Assembly: GCA_963668695.2 (NCBI GenBank)
Contig: CAXXLQ010000004.1
Location: forward strand, 1,152,001 to 1,216,000
Direction of reading: 5' to 3'
Origin: Vicinamibacteria bacterium
Lineage (GTDB): Bacteria; Acidobacteriota; Vicinamibacteria; Marinacidobacterales; Marinacidobacteraceae
Length of the DNA stretch: 64,000 bases
A program made the translations under genes and the position numbers. Within the stretch, counting starts at the first letter, position 1, and each line of letters starts with the position of its first letter. Positions 19,691 to 28,922 of the stretch are shown in pieces. The notes under the pieces were generated by a model. The model saw only the letters and a list, made by a program, of their open reading frames with translations, searched no databases and was not told where the DNA came from.

Positions 19691-21028
19691 ATGACCTCCC
19701 GACAAGTGCCGGAGCGCCCGCCCTGGCGCCGCGACCCGCTGATCGCCGGAGTGGCGATCGCGGTATTCGTCGGCGTGCTCATGACGCTGCCGGTCCCGGA
19801 ACCGGCGGACCCGCCGGGCGGGCCGCTGCCGGAGACGGATTTCGCGGTGGTGGACGTGACGGTTTTCGACGGGGAGGAGTTCCTGCCGCACCGGGACGTC
19901 TGGGTCGAGGAGGGCCGGATCCGATCGGTCGGCCAGCGGCTCAACCTGCCTGAGGGCCTTCCCCGGGTGGACGGGCGCGGCTACACCCTGACCCCCGGAC
20001 TGATCGACGCGCACGCCCACAGCTTCGGATCGGCGTTGAGCGACGCGCTTCGCTTCGGGGTGACGACGGTGCTGGATCAGTTCACCGCGCCGATGCTCGC
20101 CCGGGGAAAGCGGCGCGCCCGCGAGACGCTCAGCCGCGGTAGCGAGGCAGACCTCTTCTCCGCCGGCAACCTGGCGACTGCGCCCGGCGGGCACGGCACC
20201 CAGTTCGGGGTCCCGGTTGCGACGCTCACCAGTGCGGCCGAGGCGCCGGATTTCGTGGCGGCGCGCAAGGAGGAAGGTTCCGACTGGATCAAGATCGTCT
20301 GGGAGGACGGCAGCACCTTCGGGACATCGCTTCCGACGCTCGACCGGGAGACGATCGCGGCGGTCATCGAGGCCGCCCACGCCGAGGAGTTGCTGGCGGT
20401 GATCCACGTGAGCACGCTCGAACACGGGCTTGCCGCCCTTGCAATGGGAGTGGACGGGCTGGTCCACATCTGGGGAGATGAGGTCCTCGCCGAGGAGGAC
20501 GCCGCCCGCTTCGCCGAAGCCGGAGTCTTTGTGGCTCCGACGCTCTCGGTGCGGGTCGCCGGCGCGGGAGATTCCATGGGGCCCGAGTTGCTGGAGGAGA
20601 CGCGGCCGGACGAGGTGTCGGAGATGCAGCGCCAGACGCTGATGGGGACCTTTCCCCGGCCGGTCGGAACCAGCGAGGCGGCGATCGAGAGCGTCCGCCG
20701 GCTCCACGCCGCCGGGGTGCGGATCGTCGCGGGGACCGACGCGCCGAATCCCGGGACCGGCTTCGGGATCTCGATGCACGGCGAGCTGCGGTTGTTGCAG
20801 CGCGCTGGGCTCAGCGCGGCCGAGGCCTTGGCGGCGGCGACAGGGAGCGCTGCCGACGCCTTCGGGATCGCGGATCGGGGGCGGCTCGAAGAGGGCCGGA
20901 TCGCCGACCTGCTGCTGGTGGCGGGGGATCTCGAGAGTGACCTGACTCGGAGCGCGGCGATCGCCGGGGTCTGGAAGGACGGGTTTTCGGTGGAGGCGGC
21001 GTGGGCCGTCCCGGAGGAACCGGAATAG
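19691..21028 (+). CDS. Amidohydrolase family protein with N-terminal membrane anchor
   Basis: PGLIDAHAH, AGTDA and GRIADLLLV. Confidence 0.9.
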   Translation: MTSRQVPERPPWRRDPLIAGVAIAVFVGVLMTLPVPEPADPPGGPLPETDFAVVDVTVFDGEEFLPHRDVWVEEGRIRSVGQRLNLPEGLPRVDGRGYTLTPGLIDAHAHSFGSALSDALRFGVTTVLDQFTAPMLARGKRRARETLSRGSEADLFSAGNLATAPGGHGTQFGVPVATLTSAAEAPDFVAARKEEGSDWIKIVWEDGSTFGTSLPTLDRETIAAVIEAAHAEELLAVIHVSTLEHGLAALAMGVDGLVHIWGDEVLAEEDAARFAEAGVFVAPTLSVRVAGAGDSMGPELLEETRPDEVSEMQRQTLMGTFPRPVGTSEAAIESVRRLHAAGVRIVAGTDAPNPGTGFGISMHGELRLLQRAGLSAAEALAAATGSAADAFGIADRGRLEEGRIADLLLVAGDLESDLTRSAAIAGVWKDGFSVEAAWAVPEEPE

Positions 21029-21354
21029 GGGTCGGATGTCCCTGGTTCGCGCCGCGTTCGCGATTGTGTTCGGCGACCGCTTCCCGGTCGAGGTCGTGTG
21101 AGCCCGCCCCGCACCGCCCCCCACAGAGCGGCCGCCGCCCGGCCTTGCGGCCTCCCGGCTGGTTGGCGCAGGCCTCGCCCGGAGCCCGTGGAAATCGCGG
21201 CGCCCGTGGCGACCGGATCGCGAGGGACCCCTTCATCCGGAGCGATTCCCCCAGGATTAGGAAAACGCTGGCGCCGCATTGCGCCTGACGGCCGGACACG
21301 GCCTACATACGGAATTCCTGACAGTCCTGGTGGCCCAGTTTTAGGTGTCGCCTG

Positions 21355-22470
21355 ACGCGCATGCTCCAGTCATCCGAACCGGAAATAGACGCATGCTCCG
21401 GCCATCCGACCCCGAAATAGACGCATGCTCCGGCCATCCGACCCCGAAATAGACGCATGCTCCGGCCATCCGACCCCGAAATAGACGCATGCTCCGGACC
21501 CCCAGACGCCGGGATCAACCGACCCGGGCCACCGACCCCGAAATAGACGCCGGAAATAGACGCATGACGCATGGGTCAACCGACCCCGAAATAGACGCAT
21601 GCCCGGAGTCAACCGACCCCGAAATAGACGCATGCTTGGGTCAACCGACCCCGAAATAGACGCATGCCTGGGCTCAACCGACCCCGAAATAGACGCATGT
21701 CAACCGACCCCGAAATAGACGCATGGTCTAACCGACCCCGAAATAGAGGGTCAACCGACCCCGAAATAGACGCATGCTTGGGTCAACCGACCCCGAAATA
21801 GACGCATGCCTGGAACCGACCCCGAAATAGACGCATGCCTGGGCTAACCGACCCCGAAATAGACCCATGCCTGGGCTAACCGACCCCGAAATAGACGCAT
21901 GCTTGGGTCAGCCGAAATAGACGCATGCCTGGGCTAACCGACCCGGATATCGACCGACCCGGATATCGCACCGCACCCGCGAAATCGCGCAGTTCCGGCG
22001 AGCCGACCCGGATAGACGCAGTTCCGGCCAGCCGACCCGGATATCGCACCCAGTTCCGGTCAGCCGACCCGGATATCGCACCCAGTTCCGGCCAGCCGAC
22101 CCGGATATCGCACCCAGTTCCGGCCCGCCGACCCGGATATCGCACCCAGTTCCGGCGAGCCGACCCGGATATTGCACCCAGTTCCGGCCCGCCGACTCGT
22201 TTATCGCACCCAGTTCCGGCCCGCCGATCCGGATATCGCACCCAGTTCCGGCGAGCCGACCCGGATATCGCACCCAGTTCCGGCCCGCCGATCCGGATAT
22301 CGCACCCAGTTCCGGCCCGCCGACCCGGATATCGCACCCAGTTCCGGCCCGCCGACCCGGATATCGCACCCAGTTCCGGCCCGCCGATCCGGATATCGCA
22401 CCCAGTGCCGGCCCGCCGATCCGGATATCGCACCCAGTTCCGGCCCGCCGACCCGGATATCGCACCCAGC
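21355..22470. repeat. Bipartite tandem array of 32-nt units
   Basis: About 18 type A units (CCGACCCCGAAATAGACGCATG-variable) at 21355-21935, hybrid units, then about 14 type B units (CCGACCCGGATATCGCACCCAGTTCCGGCCCG) at 22032-22470. Confidence 0.95.
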
Positions 22471-22503
22471 CCGCGCCGTCCGGCTCCATGCTCAGGAGCA
22501 ATG

Positions 22504-22556
22504 ATTGAAATAAGCCAAACCGCTATTTCAAAGCGGGACCCGAAATTGAAATAAGC
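22504..22556. promoter_or_regulatory. AT-rich putative operator/promoter of the GGT operon
   Basis: ATTGAAATAAGC direct repeats at 22504 and 22545, with an imperfect inverted copy GCTATTTCAA at 22522. Confidence 0.5.
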
Positions 22557-22600
22557 AAACGGCCGGCAATGGTAGGTTCGCCCTCCCCGGAGGTCCCCCC

Positions 22601-24301
22601 ATGAAAGTCCGCACTTCCCGGAGAACGTTCATCGAAGCGACCGCGGCCGGCCTCGCCGGCGCCGCGCTCCCCGCATCGCGCGCGGTGGCCGCGCCCGCGG
22701 CCCCCGACGCCGTAGAGCGCCGACGCCTCATCGAACTCGCCCACTTCGGCAAGAAGGCGCCGGCCGAAGGAACCGGCGGGATGGCGATCACCTCGCACCC
22801 GCTCGCGACCCGCGCCGCCGTCGAGGTCCTGCAAAAGGGCGGCAACGCCTGCGACGCGGCGCTCGCCGCCTCGATCACCCAGACCGTGGTTGAACCGCAC
22901 ATGACCACCATCACCGGCTGCCTCTCCCAGATGTATTTCGACCAGGCGACCGGCGAGACGACCTACGTCAACGGCAACGTGAACACGCCGATGGCGCCGC
23001 TTCCCGGCTACGGCGCGCACGACCTCGCCACGGGGCGCGGGGTGGCGGTGCCCGGCTGGTGGGGCGGCTTCGAGGCGGCCCACGACCGCCACGCTTCGCT
23101 GCCGCGAAAAGAACTGATGGCGGACGCGATCGCCTACGCCCGGGGCGGCTTCGAGATGCACCCGTTCCTCTGGGGCGAGGTCTTCATCCAGTCCGAGAAG
23201 ATCGGCCGCACCGCCGCGGGCCGCGAGATCTTCTTCGACGGGCACGCGATCCCCCGCCCCGGCGCGACGCTCTACCAGAAGCAGGCCGCGGACACCCTGG
23301 AGCGGCTCGCCGAGGAGGGGAACGACTACTTCTACCGGGGGGACTTCGCGAAGAAGGTCTGCGAGGTGGTCCAGGCCGCGGGCGGCGTCCTGACCCCCGA
23401 GGACTTCGAACGCTGGGAGCCGCGCTGGCAGGAGCCGGCGTGGGGGTCGTACCGGGATCTCAAGATCGCCGGTTCCCCGCCCCCGGACAACGGCGGCACC
23501 CACATCATCGAGATGCTGCACATGCTGGAGTTCCTCGATCTGGAGGGACTCGGCCCGCCGGTCGAATCCGCCGAGAGCCTGCTCCAGATGATCCGGATCA
23601 GCCACCTGGTCTATTCCGAGGGCGGCCGGCAGAACGATCCCAAGAGCCATCCGCTGCCGCTCGAGACGATCCTCTCGAAGGACTACGCGCGGATGCGGTT
23701 CGACCTGCTCCAGATGGGGCACCCGGTCTCGGGCGCCGGCGAGCCACCCCCGCCCGCGGGCAGCAACCACGTGACGGTGGTGGACGCGGCCGGCAACGTC
23801 TCGACCATCCTCCACTCGTGCATGTCCTACCCGTGGAGCAACGGCCTCTTCGCCGAGGGGGTGAGCATCTGCGCCGCGGGCGCCCACTTCCTGCGGGTCA
23901 TGCCCCGCCCCGGCCACCGGATCTCGGCCTACGTGGCCCCGAACATCATCTTCCGGGGCGACCGGCCGGTGATGGCTTCCGGCTCGCCGAGCGTCAGCCT
24001 GCTCCAGAACGTCCTGCAGAACAGCCTTAACGTGCTGCAGTTCGGGGTGCCGGTGGCGGAATCGGTGAACCGGCCGCGGTTCGGCGGCCCGTCATTGAAC
24101 ACCCCGGGCGCGGTGCTGATCGAGGCGGACTTCCCGGAGAAGATCCGGGAGCAGGCGGCCGAGCGCGGCATCCGGTTCGACGTGGTGAACCCCTGGAACT
24201 GGCACCACGGCTCGTTCGAGGGCATCCACATCGGCGAGGACGGAGTTCGGCGCGCCTGCGGCGATCCGCGGCGCTGCAGCATGGCGGAGGCGACGGCATG
24301 A
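22601..24301 (+). CDS. Gamma-glutamyltransferase (Ntn hydrolase) family, Tat-exported
   Basis: SRRTFIE Tat motif, GGNACDAA, VAVPG, FYRG and CGDPRR. Confidence 0.9.
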   Translation: MKVRTSRRTFIEATAAGLAGAALPASRAVAAPAAPDAVERRRLIELAHFGKKAPAEGTGGMAITSHPLATRAAVEVLQKGGNACDAALAASITQTVVEPHMTTITGCLSQMYFDQATGETTYVNGNVNTPMAPLPGYGAHDLATGRGVAVPGWWGGFEAAHDRHASLPRKELMADAIAYARGGFEMHPFLWGEVFIQSEKIGRTAAGREIFFDGHAIPRPGATLYQKQAADTLERLAEEGNDYFYRGDFAKKVCEVVQAAGGVLTPEDFERWEPRWQEPAWGSYRDLKIAGSPPPDNGGTHIIEMLHMLEFLDLEGLGPPVESAESLLQMIRISHLVYSEGGRQNDPKSHPLPLETILSKDYARMRFDLLQMGHPVSGAGEPPPPAGSNHVTVVDAAGNVSTILHSCMSYPWSNGLFAEGVSICAAGAHFLRVMPRPGHRISAYVAPNIIFRGDRPVMASGSPSVSLLQNVLQNSLNVLQFGVPVAESVNRPRFGGPSLNTPGAVLIEADFPEKIREQAAERGIRFDVVNPWNWHHGSFEGIHIGEDGVRRACGDPRRCSMAEATA

Positions 24302-25557
24302 CCCGGTTGGTTCGACTTTTCCTGTTTCCGGCGGCTCTTCTTGTCGGGTCGTCGGTTTTCGCGCAGGACACGGTGCTCCGCTGCGGGGCGGTGTTCGACG
24401 GCGAGGCCATGACCGGTGCCGGGGACATCGTCGTCCGCGACGGGGCGATCGTTTCCGGGTCGGCGGGCGCCGATGCGGAAGTGGTCGACCTCTCGGGGTA
24501 CACCTGCCTTCCGGGGCTCATCGACCTCCACGCCCACCTCACGATCAACCCGGACACCCTGACCGCGATCGACATGACCCGCTCGAGCGCGGCGCGGGCG
24601 CTCGATGCGCTCCACAACGCCCAGAAGATGCTGGGAGCCGGGTTCACCACCCTGCGGACGCCGGGCGAGTTCGATGGCTGGTACGGCACGATCGACCTCA
24701 AGCACGCCATCAACAGCGGCCAGCACATGGGGCCGCGGCTGCTCGTCGCGCCGCACGCGATCTCGGCCACCGGCGGCCACGGGGACTTCAACAACCTGAT
24801 GGCGGATCTCATGATCGAGACACCGACCCGGATCGCCGACGGGCCGGAGGGGCTGCGCCTCGCAATCCGGCGGGAGTTCAAGTACGGCGCCGACTGGATC
24901 AAGCTGATGATGACCGGCGGGGTCATGTCGGCGGGCGACGACCCGAACGTCAGCACCTACACCGAGGAGGAAGTCCGGGCCGCGGTCGAGGAGGTGCACC
25001 GCCACCAGAAGCGGATCACGGTCCACGCGCACGGCGCGGCCGGGATCAATACTGCGCTCCGCGCCGGGGTGGACTCCGTCGAGCACGCGACGCTGGTGGA
25101 CGCGGAGGGGATTCGGCTTTTCAAGGAACGGGGCGTCCCGATGGTGCCCACCCTCTACGTCATGAACTACATCGTGGAAGAGGGAGAGGCGATCGGCTTC
25201 CCGCGGGAGAGCATCGAGAAGGCGCGCGCCCTCATGGAAGAGCGCGACCGCCGGATCGGGGAAGCATTCGCGGCCGGAGTCCCGGTGGCCTTCGGCTCCG
25301 ACACCATCTTTCCCCACGAGACCGCGGCCCGCGAGTTCGCGGTGATGGTGGGGCTGGGTTTGAGTCCCACGGACGCGCTCCGCTCGGCGATGACGGTGCC
25401 GGCGCGGGTCTTGGGTCTGGAGGACGAGATCGGGCGGATCCAGCCCGGGTTCGCCGCCGACGTGATCGCGGTGGAGGGCAATCCGCTCGACAACATCCGG
25501 GTGATGGAGGATGTCAAGTTCGTGATGCGGGCCGGGCGGGTGGTGAAGTCGCCGTAA
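24298..25557 (+). CDS. Amidohydrolase (Xaa-Pro dipeptidase-like), secreted
   Basis: PGLIDLHAH, TGGHGD, HAHG, EH and FGSD, plus a signal peptide. Confidence 0.92.
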   Translation: MTRLVRLFLFPAALLVGSSVFAQDTVLRCGAVFDGEAMTGAGDIVVRDGAIVSGSAGADAEVVDLSGYTCLPGLIDLHAHLTINPDTLTAIDMTRSSAARALDALHNAQKMLGAGFTTLRTPGEFDGWYGTIDLKHAINSGQHMGPRLLVAPHAISATGGHGDFNNLMADLMIETPTRIADGPEGLRLAIRREFKYGADWIKLMMTGGVMSAGDDPNVSTYTEEEVRAAVEEVHRHQKRITVHAHGAAGINTALRAGVDSVEHATLVDAEGIRLFKERGVPMVPTLYVMNYIVEEGEAIGFPRESIEKARALMEERDRRIGEAFAAGVPVAFGSDTIFPHETAAREFAVMVGLGLSPTDALRSAMTVPARVLGLEDEIGRIQPGFAADVIAVEGNPLDNIRVMEDVKFVMRAGRVVKSP

Positions 25558-25711
25558 GGGACAAGGACCGCCGGCCTTCATTCAGATCAGACCGGCATCG
25601 CCCGCGCAGCGGACGAAATTGCGTATCGCTGATCGAGACGAACCGCGAGGTCGGCTGCGCGGCGAGATCCCGGATCTTCTCGCTGGGCCGGCCCCGTTGG
25701 TGGTTCCTGAA

Positions 25712-25742
25712 TATACGTATGAAGAATTCTTCGATACGTATA
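25712..25742. promoter_or_regulatory. Palindromic operator/promoter of the TA pair
   Basis: TATACGTAT-GAAGAATTCTTC-G-ATACGTATA, overlapping a TATAAT box just upstream of the antitoxin. Confidence 0.7.
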
Positions 25743-25761
25743 ATGGTGGCCGGCGACTTGA

Positions 25762-25983
25762 ATGAAGAAAAAACTGACGATCACGGTGGATAGTGATCTG
25801 CTTCCCCGAGCCAAGCAGTCCGCGCGCGCTCGCGGCGTGTCCTTGTCTTCCCTCGTCGAAGCGTCGCTCCGAGAGATCGCGGAAGAGGACACCCCCTCCT
25901 TCGCGTCACGGTGGAGAGGCAGATTCCAGGCAGCGGGACGGGACGACCGCCGCTACCGGGCGCTGTCCCGGAAGTATTTGTGA
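25762..25983 (+). CDS. Antitoxin (DUF6364/RHH-like)
   Basis: MKKKLTITVD...AK..AR..G.SLS.LVE; overlaps the PIN gene. Confidence 0.85.
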   Translation: MKKKLTITVDSDLLPRAKQSARARGVSLSSLVEASLREIAEEDTPSFASRWRGRFQAAGRDDRRYRALSRKYL

Positions 25984-26387
25984 TCCTGCTCGACACGGAC
26001 GTGTTGATCGACGTCGCCCTCGATCGGCACCCGCATTCGGGACCATCTTCCGAGCTCCTTGATCGGGTAGAGCGCGGTGTGCGCCGCGCATTCGTCGCGT
26101 GGCACACCCTGTCGAATTTCTACTACCTCGTGACTCCCGCCCGCGGGGATGCGGACACCCGCGACTTCATCGCCGAACTCACCCGGTTCGTGATGGTTGC
26201 GCCCGGGGACACCGCGGCTCTCCGCTATGCGATTTCGCTTCCGATGGCCGACTTCGAGGACGCAATGCAGGTCGCGGCGGCACGGGCGTGCGGGGCGCGG
26301 CATATCGTGACGAGGAACGTCAGAGACTTCGCGCATTCGCCGATTCCGGCCATGACCCCCCGGGAAGCCCTCCCGCAGTTGTTCTGA
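25980..26387 (+). CDS. PIN-domain (VapC-like) toxin
   Basis: ILLDTDVLID, DFEDAMQ and IVTRN.RDF. The GTG start overlaps the antitoxin stop. Confidence 0.9.
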   Translation: MILLDTDVLIDVALDRHPHSGPSSELLDRVERGVRRAFVAWHTLSNFYYLVTPARGDADTRDFIAELTRFVMVAPGDTAALRYAISLPMADFEDAMQVAAARACGARHIVTRNVRDFAHSPIPAMTPREALPQLF

Positions 26388-26605
26388 GACCCGCGTCCTT
26401 GATCGGGCTCCGAGATCGGTGCTGGGAGAAGGACACCCGGCCAGTTGCCGGCGCGGTCGCCGAGACCGATACGGACGACCTGCGCCAATGCCTAATGAAC
26501 TTGTCGTTGGTCTCCAGGCTCAGACTGGCATGAAACCGCCTCCCGCTGGGGGACGGGCGGGCAATTAACGCCGCGCCCGCGGCGCCACTCCCACAGGAGA
26601 GAGTC

Positions 26606-28051
26606 ATGTCCAGAGTTCGATGGTTTCCGCTGAGCGTTTTCCTTGGCGCCGCCTGGGTTCTGGCGGTTCCGGGCGAGGCGGCACCCCAGCCCGAACCGCA
26701 GCAGCGTCCGATCGACCGGCGGGCCTACCTGAACGATGTCCAGACGAGCGACGACCCCCGCCGGGTCCCGGCGCCGCCCGGTCCCCGCGGACCGGAGGGG
26801 ACGACGGTGCTGCGCGGCGGCCTCGTCTTCGACGGGACCGGCTCGGAGCCGGCCGCCGGGACGGTGGTGATGGAGCGCAACCGGATCGCCGCGGTGTTGT
26901 TTGACAGTGCCGCCGGCTGGCCGGAGGGCGCCACCGACTGGCCCGAAGGCGCCCGGGTGCTGGATGTGTCCGGGCACACGGTGCTTCCCGGGCTGATGGA
27001 CCTCCACACCCACCTCACCTACACCGAACTCGATGTGCCGCAGGCGCTGACGGTGCACCCGGCGCACGCCGCGCTGCGCGGCGTCGAACGTCTCCACGCC
27101 TTCATCGGCTCCGGAATCACCTCGGTGCGCGACACCTCGTCCTTCGGAACCGTGCCGTTCATCTTGAAAGAGTGGGTCCGGGACAACAGGATCCCCGGCC
27201 CGCGGGTCTTCGCCGCCGGGCAACTGATCACCGCGACCGGCGGTCACAGCGCCGAAGGGTTGTCCGTCCACTCCGGGGTGTACGGAGCGGTCGTCGAGGC
27301 ATCGGGAGCCGACGGATTCCGGGAGGCCGTCCGGGAGCAGTTCAAGCGCGGCGCCGATCTGATCAAGGTGGCGAGCCACTTCAGCCGCGAGGAGATCGCG
27401 GCGGCGGTGGACGAGGCGCATACGCTCGGCCTCCGGATCACCGTGGACTCGGAGACCATCTACACCGAATGGGCGGTGGAGGCCGGCGTCGACGCGATCG
27501 AGCACCCGCTGCCGCGCACCGACGAAGTCGTCGCCATGATGGCGCAGCGCGGGATCGCCTCGGTGCCGACGGTCGTCCCCTACGACTACATCTTCGAGTG
27601 GATGGGCAGCTACCACAGCTCGACGTCCCGGCGATTCGAGCTCACCGGCGAAACGACCCGCGCGATGCTGCGAAAGATGAAGGAGGCCGGGGTCCTGATC
27701 GGGCTCGGCACCGACCTGGTCTTCGACTGGTTCCGCGATCTCCCCTACGCCTACATCCAGGAGCTGGAGGTGTATCTGGAGTGCGGCTTCACCCCCACCG
27801 AAGCGCTCCTCGCCGCCACCCGCGACAACGCCCGAATCCTCGGCATGGACGACAAGCTCGGCACCCTGGAAGTGGGCAAACTGGCCGATGTCCTGGTCGT
27901 CGAGGGCAACCCGCTTGAGGGCTTTGCCGCCCTGGCGAACGTCGCCCAGGTCTTTCGGGACGGCTACTGGGTGGTGCGGGACGGGGTGGTCCAGTCCACG
28001 CCACCGAAGCTCCGCGTGCCCGAGGGCTCGGGCGAGCCGGCCCGGCAGTGA
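26606..28051 (+). CDS. Amidohydrolase family protein, secreted
   Basis: PGLMDLHTH, TGGH, EH, LGTD and GKLADVLVV. Confidence 0.92.
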   Translation: MSRVRWFPLSVFLGAAWVLAVPGEAAPQPEPQQRPIDRRAYLNDVQTSDDPRRVPAPPGPRGPEGTTVLRGGLVFDGTGSEPAAGTVVMERNRIAAVLFDSAAGWPEGATDWPEGARVLDVSGHTVLPGLMDLHTHLTYTELDVPQALTVHPAHAALRGVERLHAFIGSGITSVRDTSSFGTVPFILKEWVRDNRIPGPRVFAAGQLITATGGHSAEGLSVHSGVYGAVVEASGADGFREAVREQFKRGADLIKVASHFSREEIAAAVDEAHTLGLRITVDSETIYTEWAVEAGVDAIEHPLPRTDEVVAMMAQRGIASVPTVVPYDYIFEWMGSYHSSTSRRFELTGETTRAMLRKMKEAGVLIGLGTDLVFDWFRDLPYAYIQELEVYLECGFTPTEALLAATRDNARILGMDDKLGTLEVGKLADVLVVEGNPLEGFAALANVAQVFRDGYWVVRDGVVQSTPPKLRVPEGSGEPARQ

Positions 28052-28060
28052 GGCCGCTGG

Positions 28061-28387
28061 CTACACATCCAGCAGGCGCCGCTCCAGCAACGCCCGCATG
28101 TCCCGCCGCCCGTCCGCGATCACCAGCACGTACACACCGTCTCCCATCACGCGGTAGATGATCCGGTACGGCTTGAAGCACACCTCCCGGTATTCCCGAA
28201 TCCCCAGCTCCAGCAGTTCCCGCGGGTAGCTGCCGCGTTCGGGGAGCTCGGACGACGACTGGAAGGCCTGCTCGATCCGCTTCAGGACATGTTCCGCCGT
28301 ACCTGTCCCGTCTTGCCGGGACAGGTAGTCGAAGATCTCTTCGAGGTCGCGGGCGGCGTCGTCGGTCAGTTGAACCGCGAACGGCAT
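28061..28387 (-). CDS. RelE/ParE family toxin
   Basis: A.RDLEEI.DY, YRIIYRV and DGRRDM. Confidence 0.9.
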   Translation of the reverse strand: MPFAVQLTDDAARDLEEIFDYLSRQDGTGTAEHVLKRIEQAFQSSSELPERGSYPRELLELGIREYREVCFKPYRIIYRVMGDGVYVLVIADGRRDMRALLERRLLDV

Positions 28388-28662
28388 CAGTCCGCCCGTC
28401 GGCGCTGCCGAAGCCGCGCGATCACCTCAGCGGCGGGCTGCACCTGACCGGCTTCGATCTGACGGTCGCCCAGCGCCAGCATCTTGAGAAGGGCCACGCT
28501 CTCCTGCATCCGCTCGTAGCTGGCGATGTCCTGCACGACGGCCTTGGCTTCGCCGTTCTGGGTGATGATCAACGGCTCCGGCCGGTCCCCGAGCGTGCGG
28601 ATGATCTCGGCGGCGTGAGCCTTCAGGTAACTGATCGGCTTGATGCGGTCGGACAGTGACAT
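28387..28662 (-). CDS. Phd/YefM family antitoxin
   Basis: IKPISYLKAHAAEI...IITQNGEAKAVV. Confidence 0.92.
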   Translation of the reverse strand: MSLSDRIKPISYLKAHAAEIIRTLGDRPEPLIITQNGEAKAVVQDIASYERMQESVALLKMLALGDRQIEAGQVQPAAEVIARLRQRRRAD

Positions 28663-28686
28663 GGGCCACCTCCCTGTCAGACGGAG

Positions 28687-28704
28687 TGGACTAAATATAG
28701 TCCA
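28687..28704. promoter_or_regulatory. Palindromic TA operator
   Basis: TGGACTA-AATA-TAGTCCA, about 25 nt upstream of the antitoxin start. Confidence 0.65.
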
Positions 28705-28922
28705 TGAACAGGTCCGAGACAGCCGGCCCTGGATCTGTCATCGTCAGGTCGCCGTGGCCGTGCGACAGTAGGGGCGTCGTCACCCCTCCGGGGTACAAGG
28801 TCCCTGGCGGAACCCGGAGGGCCGGCGGTTCGTTCGACCCGAAGGCGAGGCGGAAGCAGCTCGGATGGGGCCGTCCCACCGGCGGTGTGACGACGAAGCG
28901 CCCGAACGAGGAGAAGCGTCCC

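Noticed and set aside
21355-22470. CRISPR array
   Set aside because: Units are contiguous with only short, related linkers. There are no unique 25-45-nt spacers and no cas genes.
28850-28862. SRP RNA motif GGAAGCAGC
   Set aside because: It lacks the preceding CAGG-N-GGAA tetraloop helix.
28897-28912. glmS ribozyme (AGCGCCCGAAC..ACGAGG resembles its core)
   Set aside because: There is no P1 stem between the motifs and no room for downstream domains before the ATG at 28923.
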